Assembly: GCA_963719945.1 (NCBI GenBank)
Contig: CAVRDX010000004.1
Coordinates: 32,001-96,000 of the forward strand
Origin: an uncultured Thermoplasmata archaeon
GTDB taxonomy: Archaea; Thermoplasmatota; Thermoplasmata; UBA10834
Length of the DNA: 64,000 nt
Direction of reading: 5' to 3'
Numbering within the stretch: position 1 is the stretch's first letter; the number at the start of each line of letters is the position of its first letter. The position numbers and the translations under genes are program-made. Positions 19,665 through 28,326 of this stretch are shown piece after piece. The notes beneath the pieces are model-generated. The model had not been told where the DNA came from, did not search any database, and saw only the letters and a program-made list of their open reading frames with translations.

Positions 19665-20485
19665 TTCATGCCCATCCATCTGTAAACCCTCCCTTCGATC
19701 TGTCCAGCGATGCCGGTCGTCAGAACGCTGAGTAAGCCTATGACCGCCATCCCGGCATACATGTATTCATATCTGCCAACGTTTGATGATGCATATATGT
19801 AATAGCCGACGCCCCCACCGACTGCACCCAGCATCTCAGCAGCAACGATACACATCCATCCGATACCAAGGCCGACCTTGATGCCCGTCATGAGATAGGG
19901 CAATGCGAATGGAAGGATGACCTTGGAGAATATGTCTATCCTTCTGGCTCCGAGTGTCTTCGCAGCATCGATCAGAACTGTATCTACACTCCTCACACCG
20001 AACACGACGTTGAGCAGAATCGGGAAGAATATGCCGAGGAAGACGATCCAAATCGGCCCCCATATTATCCCGAATACGAGCATGAACAATGGGATCCAGG
20101 CAAGCGGAGGAATGGGTCTGAATATCTCCACTATCGGCTTGCCGATGGCTTCGGCACCCTTCATCGCGCCCATCAGCAGACCTGCTGGAAGTGCAATCGC
20201 CAGGGCGAGCCCGAATCCAAGAACGATCCGTTTGAGACTGGAAATGATGTGGTCGTGCATGTAAAGATTAGTCGCAGGGTCCCGGGTCACGAAGGAATCG
20301 ATGAACGCTTCCGCGACCTCAGCAGGATAAGGTATGAATCCTGCATAGTGAGATCCCGTGTCATCGAGATACCATGCACAAGCATGCCAGACTAGGACAA
20401 ATACGCAGATTGACAGGAGCCCTAGGGCTATTGTCTTCCCGTTATCACGGAGTAGCTTCGCCATCTGCGACAGGATATTCTCCAT
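19661..20485 (-). CDS. NitT/TauT/SsuC-family ABC transporter permease
   Basis: RPIPPLAWIP, EAA-like LIDAAKTLGA, WMCIVAAEM. Confidence 0.92.
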   Translation of the reverse strand: MENILSQMAKLLRDNGKTIALGLLSICVFVLVWHACAWYLDDTGSHYAGFIPYPAEVAEAFIDSFVTRDPATNLYMHDHIISSLKRIVLGFGLALAIALPAGLLMGAMKGAEAIGKPIVEIFRPIPPLAWIPLFMLVFGIIWGPIWIVFLGIFFPILLNVVFGVRSVDTVLIDAAKTLGARRIDIFSKVILPFALPYLMTGIKVGLGIGWMCIVAAEMLGAVGGGVGYYIYASSNVGRYEYMYAGMAVIGLLSVLTTGIAGQIEGRVYRWMGMK

Positions 20486-20536
20486 ATGGCCCCCAGTTCT
20501 AGCGTGATGCAATGCACGGAGATAGAGATTTGGGGA

Positions 20537-21646
20537 TCAGGTCCTGATCTCCAGATCCAAACCCTCCTTCTGCAAAGTGATCTTCAGGAGCAGGAACTGT
20601 ATTGAAGATTCGCCGGGAGTGGCGACGGTCTTGTTGACCAGATCGGCGACGCTTGTTATCCCTGAACCTGTCCTGACCACCAGTCCGCTTCCCTCGCTGT
20701 TCGCCTGAGAGATTATTGTGACATCGACTCCAGCATTAAGGTGCTGAAGTAGTGCAGGTGGAGCACCGAGATAGCCAATATCTACATTGCCTGCTGCGAA
20801 TTGAGTCATTACCGCGCCACCGTTGGCAAATGGTGCACCAGTCGCGTTGACCACATCAACGCCATACTTCTCGAACATCGTCTGGTCACCCAATACGCGG
20901 GTATCCTGAGCAACGAATTGTGCGAGCTGATGCAGGTCCCCATTAAGGAATCCGAGTCTGATCGGCGAGTCTGGATTCAGTATGGTCGAACTTGGCTCGA
21001 TGTCGACCGCGCCTTCGAGCAAAGATTGGTCGACATATTCATTCACGAAGTCGTTCACGGACGAGTACCCCTGGTTCTCAAGAGCGGCATCAGTCGTCAT
21101 GTTGGTGTCTATGTACATCTGAGTGAACTCTTCGAGGGCTGATGTGAAAGTCGCCCCCATCGCGTAACCATATATCATATGATCCAACGCGGCTTTTACG
21201 ACCGATTCGTTCCTCAACGTGAAATCCATCGCAAGTGTGACTAGCAGAGTGTAATTCTCTCCCTCCGGATCCTGCAAGGCATCGACCATCCAGTCTGTCG
21301 CATCCATATGGGCTTTCAGGAACCGCTCTGACAGCTCAGTACCATCTGTCGATCCGAGGAAATCATTCGACACCGCAACGATACAACATGGATGATTGGG
21401 CATCATGTCTTCAGACAGGAGCAGTATCTCGCCCGCACCACCGACGACCGAATCGGAAACATATGGTTCCCAGGCGATGTATGCGTCGATCTGTCCAGAT
21501 ACCAATGCAGCATTCATATTGCTTGGAGCCAGGGTGATGTAGTAGACCGATCCTGATGCATTCTTGCTGAGGAGCAGCGTTGCTCCGATTATTCCGACCA
21601 CCACTATCGCCGCGACTGCTATGGCGATTATGATTTTCCTGTCCAT
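20537..21646 (-). CDS. NitT/TauT (SsuA/NMT1-like) substrate-binding protein, apparently circularly permuted
   Basis: N-terminal TM anchor. The IDAYIAWEP...HPCC block comes before the IRLGFL.GDLHQL...FANG...GYLG.PP...EGSGLVV block, the reverse of the usual order. Confidence 0.85.
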   Translation of the reverse strand: MDRKIIIAIAVAAIVVVGIIGATLLLSKNASGSVYYITLAPSNMNAALVSGQIDAYIAWEPYVSDSVVGGAGEILLLSEDMMPNHPCCIVAVSNDFLGSTDGTELSERFLKAHMDATDWMVDALQDPEGENYTLLVTLAMDFTLRNESVVKAALDHMIYGYAMGATFTSALEEFTQMYIDTNMTTDAALENQGYSSVNDFVNEYVDQSLLEGAVDIEPSSTILNPDSPIRLGFLNGDLHQLAQFVAQDTRVLGDQTMFEKYGVDVVNATGAPFANGGAVMTQFAAGNVDIGYLGAPPALLQHLNAGVDVTIISQANSEGSGLVVRTGSGITSVADLVNKTVATPGESSIQFLLLKITLQKEGLDLEIRT

Positions 21647-21694
21647 GGTATCGTCCTTATGATGGGATTGATGGCGAGATATTAAGCATTTCCC

Positions 21695-21751
21695 ACAATT
21701 GTACCATTATGATGATACAATTGTATAAATATTGACTCTGATATTATACAA
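21695..21751. promoter_or_regulatory. Palindromic operator(s) in the divergent promoter between the ABC operon and the HTH regulator
   Basis: ACAATTGTA-N12-TACAATTGT (21695-21724) plus TTGTATAA...TTATACAA (21721-21751), overlapping TATA-like ATAAATAT. Confidence 0.7.
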
Positions 21752-21763
21752 ATAGGACAACTC

Positions 21764-22285
21764 ATGGACAATTATAGGAGATTGCTGTCCTCATCCATGC
21801 AGTCGGACGAGGCGCTGAGGAAAGAATTGGCCGAGGTGCTGGAGTCCATCGGCCTGACCGTGCAGGAATTCTCAAGGAGAGCGGGAGTGTCGCCGAGCAC
21901 GATATACAAGATCATAAACGAGGATCGCGCACCAAGCCTGGATGTTCTCAGACGGATTTTGACCACTGTCAGGGAAGTCGAGGGTAGAAAGGCTGGTAAA
22001 TTCATCGCAGTCATAGCTGCGAGGCACGTCCTGGAAGAGGTCGTTGAACGGTCGGTCCAAATAGGCAGTGGGAGCGTGAGGGTGAGAGAATATCCCGCAT
22101 CGACTGTAGAAGATGCGATCGTCGCAGCCATAAGAGCGGAGAGAGATGGCGCGATAGCCGTCGTCTGTGCACCGATCGTAAGCTATACGATAGAGAAGGT
22201 CGTGGATATTCCGATAGCGACCATCATGCCGAGGGACAGCGTCACAGAGGCCATACGGCTTGCAGCGCGGAAGTCGAAGAACTAG
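21764..22285 (+). CDS. XRE/Cro-family HTH transcriptional regulator with C-terminal alpha/beta domain
   Basis: LTVQEFSRRAGVSPSTIYKII...PSLDVLRRI. Divergent from the ABC operon. Confidence 0.85.
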   Translation: MDNYRRLLSSSMQSDEALRKELAEVLESIGLTVQEFSRRAGVSPSTIYKIINEDRAPSLDVLRRILTTVREVEGRKAGKFIAVIAARHVLEEVVERSVQIGSGSVRVREYPASTVEDAIVAAIRAERDGAIAVVCAPIVSYTIEKVVDIPIATIMPRDSVTEAIRLAARKSKN

Positions 22286-23019
22286 AGGTGAATTATCTCC
22301 ACGTTCAGATCGAGATCCACCGTGACCAATTCACCGTTTCTGACCTCGTCGATCCGACCAGCATATCCCAGGTGCGTCTGCTGATAGAGTATCACTTTGT
22401 CAGAGCATCTTGAGACATTCATCGTGTAGTACCAGGAATCCTTCTCCCGCGAGTACCCCCTGTAGCCATATAGTCTCTTCCCGTCCGATACCAACAGCAT
22501 CAACCCGGTGAATTCATGACCTCTGATATCCTCTTTGACCAGGGTTTCGATAGCGGACCTCATGGATTTCTTCTCATCCAGGCGGTCGAGGAGAGTCATG
22601 AATACCCGCTCACTGTCCGTCTGGCCCAACGGATTCCTCGAAGTGTTCGGATGGAATTTCCTGACGGTGCCGTTATGGGCGAACACGATACCATCGGATA
22701 TGAACGGATGAGTGTTTGACAGAGATCGACTGCCTTCGGACCCCCTACGAGCATGAGCGATCAGAATGTTCGGGCCCTCCAGCCTCGCGACATCTTCGAG
22801 AGCTGCATCGAATGATGGGTCCAGATGCATAGGCCGCTCGCTCTTGCCCAATAGCCTCGAAGATCCGGTTGAGAATGTGGCAATCCCCCAGCCATCCCTA
22901 TGGCCGAGTTCTTCTTCCCCCCTATCGGGCACTTCTCCCAGCTCAGATACATGTTGAAGATCTTTCAGAGCTCCTATCGGGAACTTGTCTCTGAACACAC
23001 CACCAACCATTCTACACAT
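22282..23019 (-). CDS. Class II glutamine amidotransferase / Ntn hydrolase (YafJ/EgtC-like)
   Basis: N-terminal MCR, HRDGWG, IAHAR, NTHPF, FAHNG, GQTDSE. Confidence 0.9.
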   Translation of the reverse strand: MCRMVGGVFRDKFPIGALKDLQHVSELGEVPDRGEEELGHRDGWGIATFSTGSSRLLGKSERPMHLDPSFDAALEDVARLEGPNILIAHARRGSEGSRSLSNTHPFISDGIVFAHNGTVRKFHPNTSRNPLGQTDSERVFMTLLDRLDEKKSMRSAIETLVKEDIRGHEFTGLMLLVSDGKRLYGYRGYSREKDSWYYTMNVSRCSDKVILYQQTHLGYAGRIDEVRNGELVTVDLDLNVEIIHL

Positions 23020-23041
23020 TGAACCTACCTCGATAGATGAT

Positions 23042-23458
23042 TCAAACCACGCGGTGTTCGATTATCACTTCGCAGGACATTGAATTGGTCACGAGACATT
23101 TTCGCTTGGTCATCTCCAGAGCTTTCTCCAGGTTCGCCATCTTTGAACCCTCTTCGAAGGATATCTCTGGATACATCGTGATCCTGACAAACCTTTTGGA
23201 GCCTTCAACGGTCTGCAGATCGCCGACGGCCCTGCACTTGTAATCAAGCACCTTCAAGCCCAAACCTGCTGCAATAGATCTAAAGACTATCTGAAAGCAC
23301 ATGTTGGCTGCACCTATGAAGGCGTCCTCCGGCGTCATAGGGCCCTTCATCCCATTCAGCTCAATTGGAGGTGAGTACTCGACACTCATTCCGTTCTGAC
23401 AATGCATCGTTCCTGGAAAATCGCCTGTGAATTCCACAGTGGTCTCGAAATCCATCAT
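23042..23458 (-). CDS. OsmC/Ohr family protein
   Basis: TPEDAFIGAANMC ... KCLVTNS two-Cys pattern. Start trimmed to ATG 23458. Confidence 0.85.
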   Translation of the reverse strand: MMDFETTVEFTGDFPGTMHCQNGMSVEYSPPIELNGMKGPMTPEDAFIGAANMCFQIVFRSIAAGLGLKVLDYKCRAVGDLQTVEGSKRFVRITMYPEISFEEGSKMANLEKALEMTKRKCLVTNSMSCEVIIEHRVV

Positions 23459-23574
23459 TATCGGGTTCACTAGAGGATATTCTGGATTTATAATATCCCA
23501 TTGGAGCTTCCGCTCTTTCAGAGAAAAATAAAAAGAATGGGGGGAAGTTGGATTATCCTGAGTTTGATCAACCC

Positions 23575-23988
23575 TCATGCCAAGTGTTTCTTCAGCTGAG
23601 ACTCGAGCATCGGTCTTGGAAGAGCACCAACGGTCTTGTCGACCAGGACGCCGTTCTTGAAATAGAGCAAGGTGGGGATGCTCATTATCCTGAATTTGCT
23701 CGCCACATTGATGTTCTCATCAGTGTTCAGCTTCGTGAAGACCACTTTGCCCTTGTAGTCCCTCGCCATTGCATCGATCGTCGGGGAGAGAGATCTGCAC
23801 GGGCCGCACCATGGAGCCCAGCAATCAACGACGACATTCGGATACTTCTTTATCGTATCTTCGAAGTCCTCGTCCGTCACCACGACCGGTGCGCTAGGAA
23901 AGCCATTTCCACCGGATTGCGTGGAGCCAACTGCCTTAGTCAATTCTTCCATCTTCCTCTGTCGTATCTCTTCGAGTTCGGATGACAT
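23575..23988 (-). CDS. trxA: Thioredoxin
   Basis: WAPWCGPC, IMSIPTL. N-terminal ELEEIRQRKMEEL helix. Confidence 0.95.
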   Translation of the reverse strand: MSSELEEIRQRKMEELTKAVGSTQSGGNGFPSAPVVVTDEDFEDTIKKYPNVVVDCWAPWCGPCRSLSPTIDAMARDYKGKVVFTKLNTDENINVASKFRIMSIPTLLYFKNGVLVDKTVGALPRPMLESQLKKHLA

Positions 23989-24169
23989 GTATTTCACCGC
24001 ATTTGCACGCTTGTGCCATTTATCTACATTACCGATTGTGAATTGATTACTTAACCATTGCGACGTAGAAGCGTGTTTTATTGCTCAAGACGAAGTCTTG
24101 AGAGGAGAATACTGGACCAAGAGAAACTATTTAACCAGAATAGCACGATACGGTCGATAGGGATGCAGG

Positions 24170-24448
24170 ATGCTTTCAGAAGCTTCTGAGCTTATCGGAT
24201 TGCAGGTCTATACAAATCAGGGTATCTATCTAGGGAACATCTCGAACCTCGTAGTTGAGGTCGACGAAAACAAGGTTCAAGGGCTGTTCATTAGCAGCAC
24301 TAACCCGCTGTTGGTCGAGGGGTCCAAATCGGTGAATGTTCCGTTTAGATGGATCAATTCAGTCGGTGACATAGTCATTCTGAAGTACTTCCCAAAGAGG
24401 GTGGCACTGAAGAGAGGCTCCAAGAAGACTGAGAAGTCCAACAAGTAA
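24170..24448 (+). CDS. PRC-barrel domain protein (CdpB-like)
   Basis: LIGLQVYTNQGIYLG.I.NLVVE...VPFRWINSVGDIVIL. Confidence 0.88.
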   Translation: MLSEASELIGLQVYTNQGIYLGNISNLVVEVDENKVQGLFISSTNPLLVEGSKSVNVPFRWINSVGDIVILKYFPKRVALKRGSKKTEKSNK

Positions 24449-24497
24449 ATCGTTGTTTTCGCAAGGCATTTATCCTCTGCGAGCCCTCAACTCGTTT

Positions 24498-25007
24498 GTG
24501 TCAGAACCACGAGTAGACCCTACTTGCTACGTCGCGCCAGAATCGGTCATAATCGGTGACGTCGTCATAGAAAGAGGTTGCAGCATCTGGCCCTACGCTG
24601 TCATCCGAGCGGATCTATCCGAGGTCAGGATAGGGGAAGGGTCGAGTGTTCAAGAGCATTGTCAGATCCATGGTAATCCCGGCAAGCCGACCATCATTGG
24701 AAAGAATGTCTCGATCGGCCATGGAGCGATCGTACATGCAGCGAAGATAGGGGATTATGTGATCATCGGAATGAATTCATCCGTGCTCGACGGTGCTGAT
24801 GTCGGCAGCGGCTCGATAATAGGGGCCAATGCACTCGTAAAGGCAGGCATGAAAGTGCCTTCAGGCAGTCTGGTCGTAGGGGTTCCTGCCAAGATAGTCA
24901 AGGAAGGTGACGCCACGCTCATTGAAGCAGCCAAGAGAAACGCCGAGGAGTATCACAAGTTGAGGGACGCTCACAAACGCGGCGAGTTCGCCAGATACAA
25001 GCATTGA
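24498..25007 (+). CDS. Gamma-class carbonic anhydrase family protein
   Basis: Hexapeptide repeats; IRAD, QEHCQIH, IGHGAIVH metal-binding His residues. Confidence 0.9.
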   Translation: MSEPRVDPTCYVAPESVIIGDVVIERGCSIWPYAVIRADLSEVRIGEGSSVQEHCQIHGNPGKPTIIGKNVSIGHGAIVHAAKIGDYVIIGMNSSVLDGADVGSGSIIGANALVKAGMKVPSGSLVVGVPAKIVKEGDATLIEAAKRNAEEYHKLRDAHKRGEFARYKH

Positions 25008-25061
25008 GTTTTGAACACGAGCGGCGCATCTTTGATGATACCTGACGGCGATGATCGAGTC

Positions 25062-25610
25062 ATGGAGATGCGAACCTTGACCGTTTGGGATGCGATAACC
25101 ACCCGTAAAAGTATCAGGACTTTTGATGGCGCCGCGATAGAGAAAGATAAACTGGAGCGATGCCTGGAAGCTGCTAGACTGGCGCCATCGTGGGCTAACA
25201 AACAATGCTGGCAGTTCGTGCTGGTGACAGGCAAGGATGAAATCGCAAGCCTGGGCATAGTTCCCGCCCCCATCAAGAACACCCCCGCGCTCCTCATAGC
25301 CTGCGGCGACCCTGCAAAGAGCGGGGAACGCGAAGGGAAGCAATACTATCTGGTGGATGTGGCCATTGCGACCGAGCATTTCGTTCTGGAAGCGTGGGAG
25401 CAGGGGCTCGGCACATGTTGGGTAGGCGCATTCAAGGAAGACAAGGTCAGGAACGCCCTTGGCATACCGGAAGGCATCCGAATAGTGGCACTTGTGCCTG
25501 TAGGGTACCCGGCCGAAAAGGACAGTCTTATGGCCCGTGTGGCGAAGATAGTCATCGGAAGCTCCAATCGGAAAGAGCTGTCGGAGATGGTCCACTACCA
25601 GAAATGGTGA
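25062..25610 (+). CDS. Nitroreductase family protein
   Basis: RKSIR, APSWANKQ.W.F, GLGTCWVG, VGYP. Confidence 0.92.
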   Translation: MEMRTLTVWDAITTRKSIRTFDGAAIEKDKLERCLEAARLAPSWANKQCWQFVLVTGKDEIASLGIVPAPIKNTPALLIACGDPAKSGEREGKQYYLVDVAIATEHFVLEAWEQGLGTCWVGAFKEDKVRNALGIPEGIRIVALVPVGYPAEKDSLMARVAKIVIGSSNRKELSEMVHYQKW

Positions 25611-25611
25611 G

Positions 25612-26157
25612 TCAGCCGATGCTATCGATATCAACGCCACAGCACTCAGACAGTTCCTTGTGGAGCGCTAGAATGCGAGACGCCTGATCATGCAGATTCT
25701 TGCGCACCATCGAAGCGACCGATTCCTTGACAGTTATCCTCTTGGTCCCGTCTATGAGATTGTCGGCATGTGCCACAATCATCTCTTCGAGTGTCTTCGG
25801 GGAGTAATCCTTCTGGGGCAACCCCAATCGTCTAGCCTCGGCCCTGTCGATACCTGCCCCGACATGTCTTTCAATAATATGGATGAGCGGTGTAGGTAGC
25901 TTCAGCTTTCTACCAAGCTTCGCACCCTCGACCCCGTGGCCGATAGCGTGCGTGCGACATCTCCCGATGTCGTGAAGCATGCCTCCAGATTCGACCAGAC
26001 ATTCATCAGCATCGCACCTCCGCGCAATCTTGACTGCCAGGTTGGATACCGCGATGCAGTGCTCTACTACATCCTCGCTGCAACCGTTACCCCGAAGGAG
26101 GGAGATGCATTCATCCCTGCTTGGGAGGATTACGGGCCTTGACCTCTCTGCTGTCAA
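25612..26157 (-). CDS. HD(IG)-domain metal-dependent phosphohydrolase
   Basis: H...LHDIG...HGVEG...IERHVGAG...IVAHADNL. Confidence 0.9.
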   Translation of the reverse strand: MTAERSRPVILPSRDECISLLRGNGCSEDVVEHCIAVSNLAVKIARRCDADECLVESGGMLHDIGRCRTHAIGHGVEGAKLGRKLKLPTPLIHIIERHVGAGIDRAEARRLGLPQKDYSPKTLEEMIVAHADNLIDGTKRITVKESVASMVRKNLHDQASRILALHKELSECCGVDIDSIG

Positions 26158-26650
26158 TTACAGTCTTCCCCCTTGGATTGGGAACGATCTTCATCGGTCC
26201 ACCGAAGTCCTCGTTCAGGGCTTTGCCACCTGAGTGTCGATCAAGCAGGATTGCGAGTGCGGCGATCTCTGAGTGTGGCTGACTGCCCACAGATATGTTC
26301 CTGTGGGCAAGATCATAGACCTCTCGAGGAACCTTCTCCGCACCCACCACGATCAAGAGATCCTGGTCCTTGAGCGTGGGCAGGGCATCAGATAACCGCT
26401 CCCCATACATGGTCAGGTGGACTACGGTACCTTTCCATGACCTTATCGCCTTTCTCCAGTCCACACCGGTATTTATCGAGAAATCACCGCCGAACCTGCT
26501 CACCACGCTGCGCACGGACTTCTCCAGGTCATGATCCTCGGTAGAGACCCATATCTCGTCTGCGCCCAGGGCTCTCGCTGTAAGTGCAACATGCGTAGTC
26601 ACCCTCTGATCACGCTCGGGGCGATGGCCTAGCCTCAGGACGACAATCAT
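26111..26650 (-). CDS. trm56: tRNA (cytidine(56)-2'-O)-methyltransferase aTrm56
   Basis: VLRLGHRPERDQRVTTHVALTARALGA, VHLTMYG, VGAEKVP, QPHSEIAALA. Confidence 0.95.
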   Translation of the reverse strand: MIVVLRLGHRPERDQRVTTHVALTARALGADEIWVSTEDHDLEKSVRSVVSRFGGDFSINTGVDWRKAIRSWKGTVVHLTMYGERLSDALPTLKDQDLLIVVGAEKVPREVYDLAHRNISVGSQPHSEIAALAILLDRHSGGKALNEDFGGPMKIVPNPRGKTVIDSREVKARNPPKQG

Positions 26651-26682
26651 CCTGCCACCTCAACCTCAGATACAAATGGGAA

Positions 26683-27180
26683 TCATTCTTTCACGCGCTC
26701 AATCCTGTGACCGCGGTAGTCGAGCCTGGTGCTGCGTTTCACGAGACTCTTGAGCATCGTGAATGTCACACCTAAGATTTCGGCCACGTCCCCGGCGAAC
26801 TTGCCCTGGGGGCCCACGAGGTCGACGATCTGTTTCTCGATCTTCGCAAACTCTTTCTCTTCCATAACCGCGGCTGCCAAGACATCGCTTATCTCATACA
26901 CTGGCCAGGATGCGTTAATGTGAAAAGATGTATAGTAAGTGTGGTAGGCCTTCTCCGGCTGTTGGCTCTCGGAGGTCTGCCATCTCGTCTCAACGAGCTT
27001 CATCTTCTCAAAGAACTGCAAGGCGTCTTTTCCTGCAGGACCAAATTGTTTCTCGATATCTCGGATAGTATGCCATTCGAGGGTGACTAGTTTTAAGACC
27101 TCCCTCTTCACTTTTGTGTCTACCGCCCGGAACATCGGTACTAGTTCTGCCGGTTCGGTTATGACCTTAATCCTAGTCAT
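26683..27180 (-). CDS. Archaeal ArsR-like wHTH protein
   Basis: EPAELVP, LVETRW, PEKAYHTYY..F pattern of the conserved euryarchaeal ArsR-like family. Confidence 0.75.
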   Translation of the reverse strand: MTRIKVITEPAELVPMFRAVDTKVKREVLKLVTLEWHTIRDIEKQFGPAGKDALQFFEKMKLVETRWQTSESQQPEKAYHTYYTSFHINASWPVYEISDVLAAAVMEEKEFAKIEKQIVDLVGPQGKFAGDVAEILGVTFTMLKSLVKRSTRLDYRGHRIERVKE

Positions 27181-27368
27181 GGACGGCCCCTATCTGAGTG
27201 CAAGAATATAAGGCTAATTGGAGTCGAAACAGAGGTTGGGAGGTATAGCTGGCTCGACCCTAAAACGCCGGCAAGGCACAGATGTGTAGCGTAAATCGGC
27301 TGCTTTCGAGAATTGGAGTGAGGTTTAAGTATGGGGAGCAACTTCGCATCGATGAGAGGCGTGCTTCA

Positions 27369-27662
27369 ATGATGGCAAAAGACCTCAAAGATAAGGCGAA
27401 AGTCGACGAATTGACAGTCACCGTCGTCGAAAAGAGTGAGCCAAGAGAGTGGAAGTCGAACTGGAGTGGGACCGGAGGTAGGGTCTGCGATGCTGTCGGC
27501 CAGGACGAGAGCGGCGAAACGGTCAACCTCACGCTCTGGAATGATGACGTTGACAAGGTCGAGGTCAACTCTCGGATAAAGATCACCAATGGCTGGGCAT
27601 CCGCGTACAAGGACAAGCTGCAAGTGAGCGCTGGCAAGTACGGGAAGCTAGAAGTCCTCTGA
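27369..27662 (+). CDS. Single OB-fold ssDNA-binding protein (SSB/RPA-like)
   Basis: VTVVEKSEPRE...V.DA...DESG..V.LTLW...KI.NGW...Y...LQVSAGKYG. Start trimmed to ATG 27369. Confidence 0.88.
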   Translation: MMAKDLKDKAKVDELTVTVVEKSEPREWKSNWSGTGGRVCDAVGQDESGETVNLTLWNDDVDKVEVNSRIKITNGWASAYKDKLQVSAGKYGKLEVL

Positions 27663-27700
27663 TCGTACGAGACACGCACCCACCGAAGTCATTCTTTTCT

Positions 27701-28273
27701 TCATAAAGTGAGTGCGAGCGCGGTCATCAGTGTGCCGGGTACCACGACCATGAGGAAATCATCGTCGAGGTACTTCGTCTTCCATCGTTCAGACAGGATG
27801 GCTGAGACCGATCCTACGACGCACATGATCAGTATCAACTCCCATGTCCAGGAAGTCATTTTAGCAAGGATCGTCGCGCATATCATGCAGTAGATCGCTA
27901 TTGGCGGAAGTATCGACGCCATGGGTGCCCTGTAGCGCTTCCGGAGCTCGCCAGCGATGGGGTCTGTGACCGCCATGCCGACGATGCAGACAGTCCCCAC
28001 ATCCGATGGCATGAGCCATAGGGCCACCAGTATTCCCACGGACGCCCAGACGAAGGAGGCAACCTGATGGCGCTCATATGGACGCAAACCAGGGAACATC
28101 AGTCCGAAATAAAGGCGCACCGCCTCGATCACGACCACAATGAGCAATCCTACGAAGAGGATGACCCAATGATCGGCTCCAATGACAGGCAGTTCGTCCG
28201 GGAGGGCATAATACAAGGGTGTGAGCCCGATCATCAGATGAATTGCCCGTCTCAGGAGTCCCCAATCCGCCAT
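27701..28273 (-). CDS. CTP-dependent polyprenol/dolichol kinase-like membrane protein
   Basis: RRAIH, LRPYE, DPIAGE, DDDF motifs with multiple TM helices. Confidence 0.7.
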   Translation of the reverse strand: MADWGLLRRAIHLMIGLTPLYYALPDELPVIGADHWVILFVGLLIVVVIEAVRLYFGLMFPGLRPYERHQVASFVWASVGILVALWLMPSDVGTVCIVGMAVTDPIAGELRKRYRAPMASILPPIAIYCMICATILAKMTSWTWELILIMCVVGSVSAILSERWKTKYLDDDFLMVVVPGTLMTALALTL

Positions 28274-28326
28274 TTCATTGCCCCGCTGCAGAACCGTCAT
28301 CGAATGAGCAGGTCATAACTCTTGCT

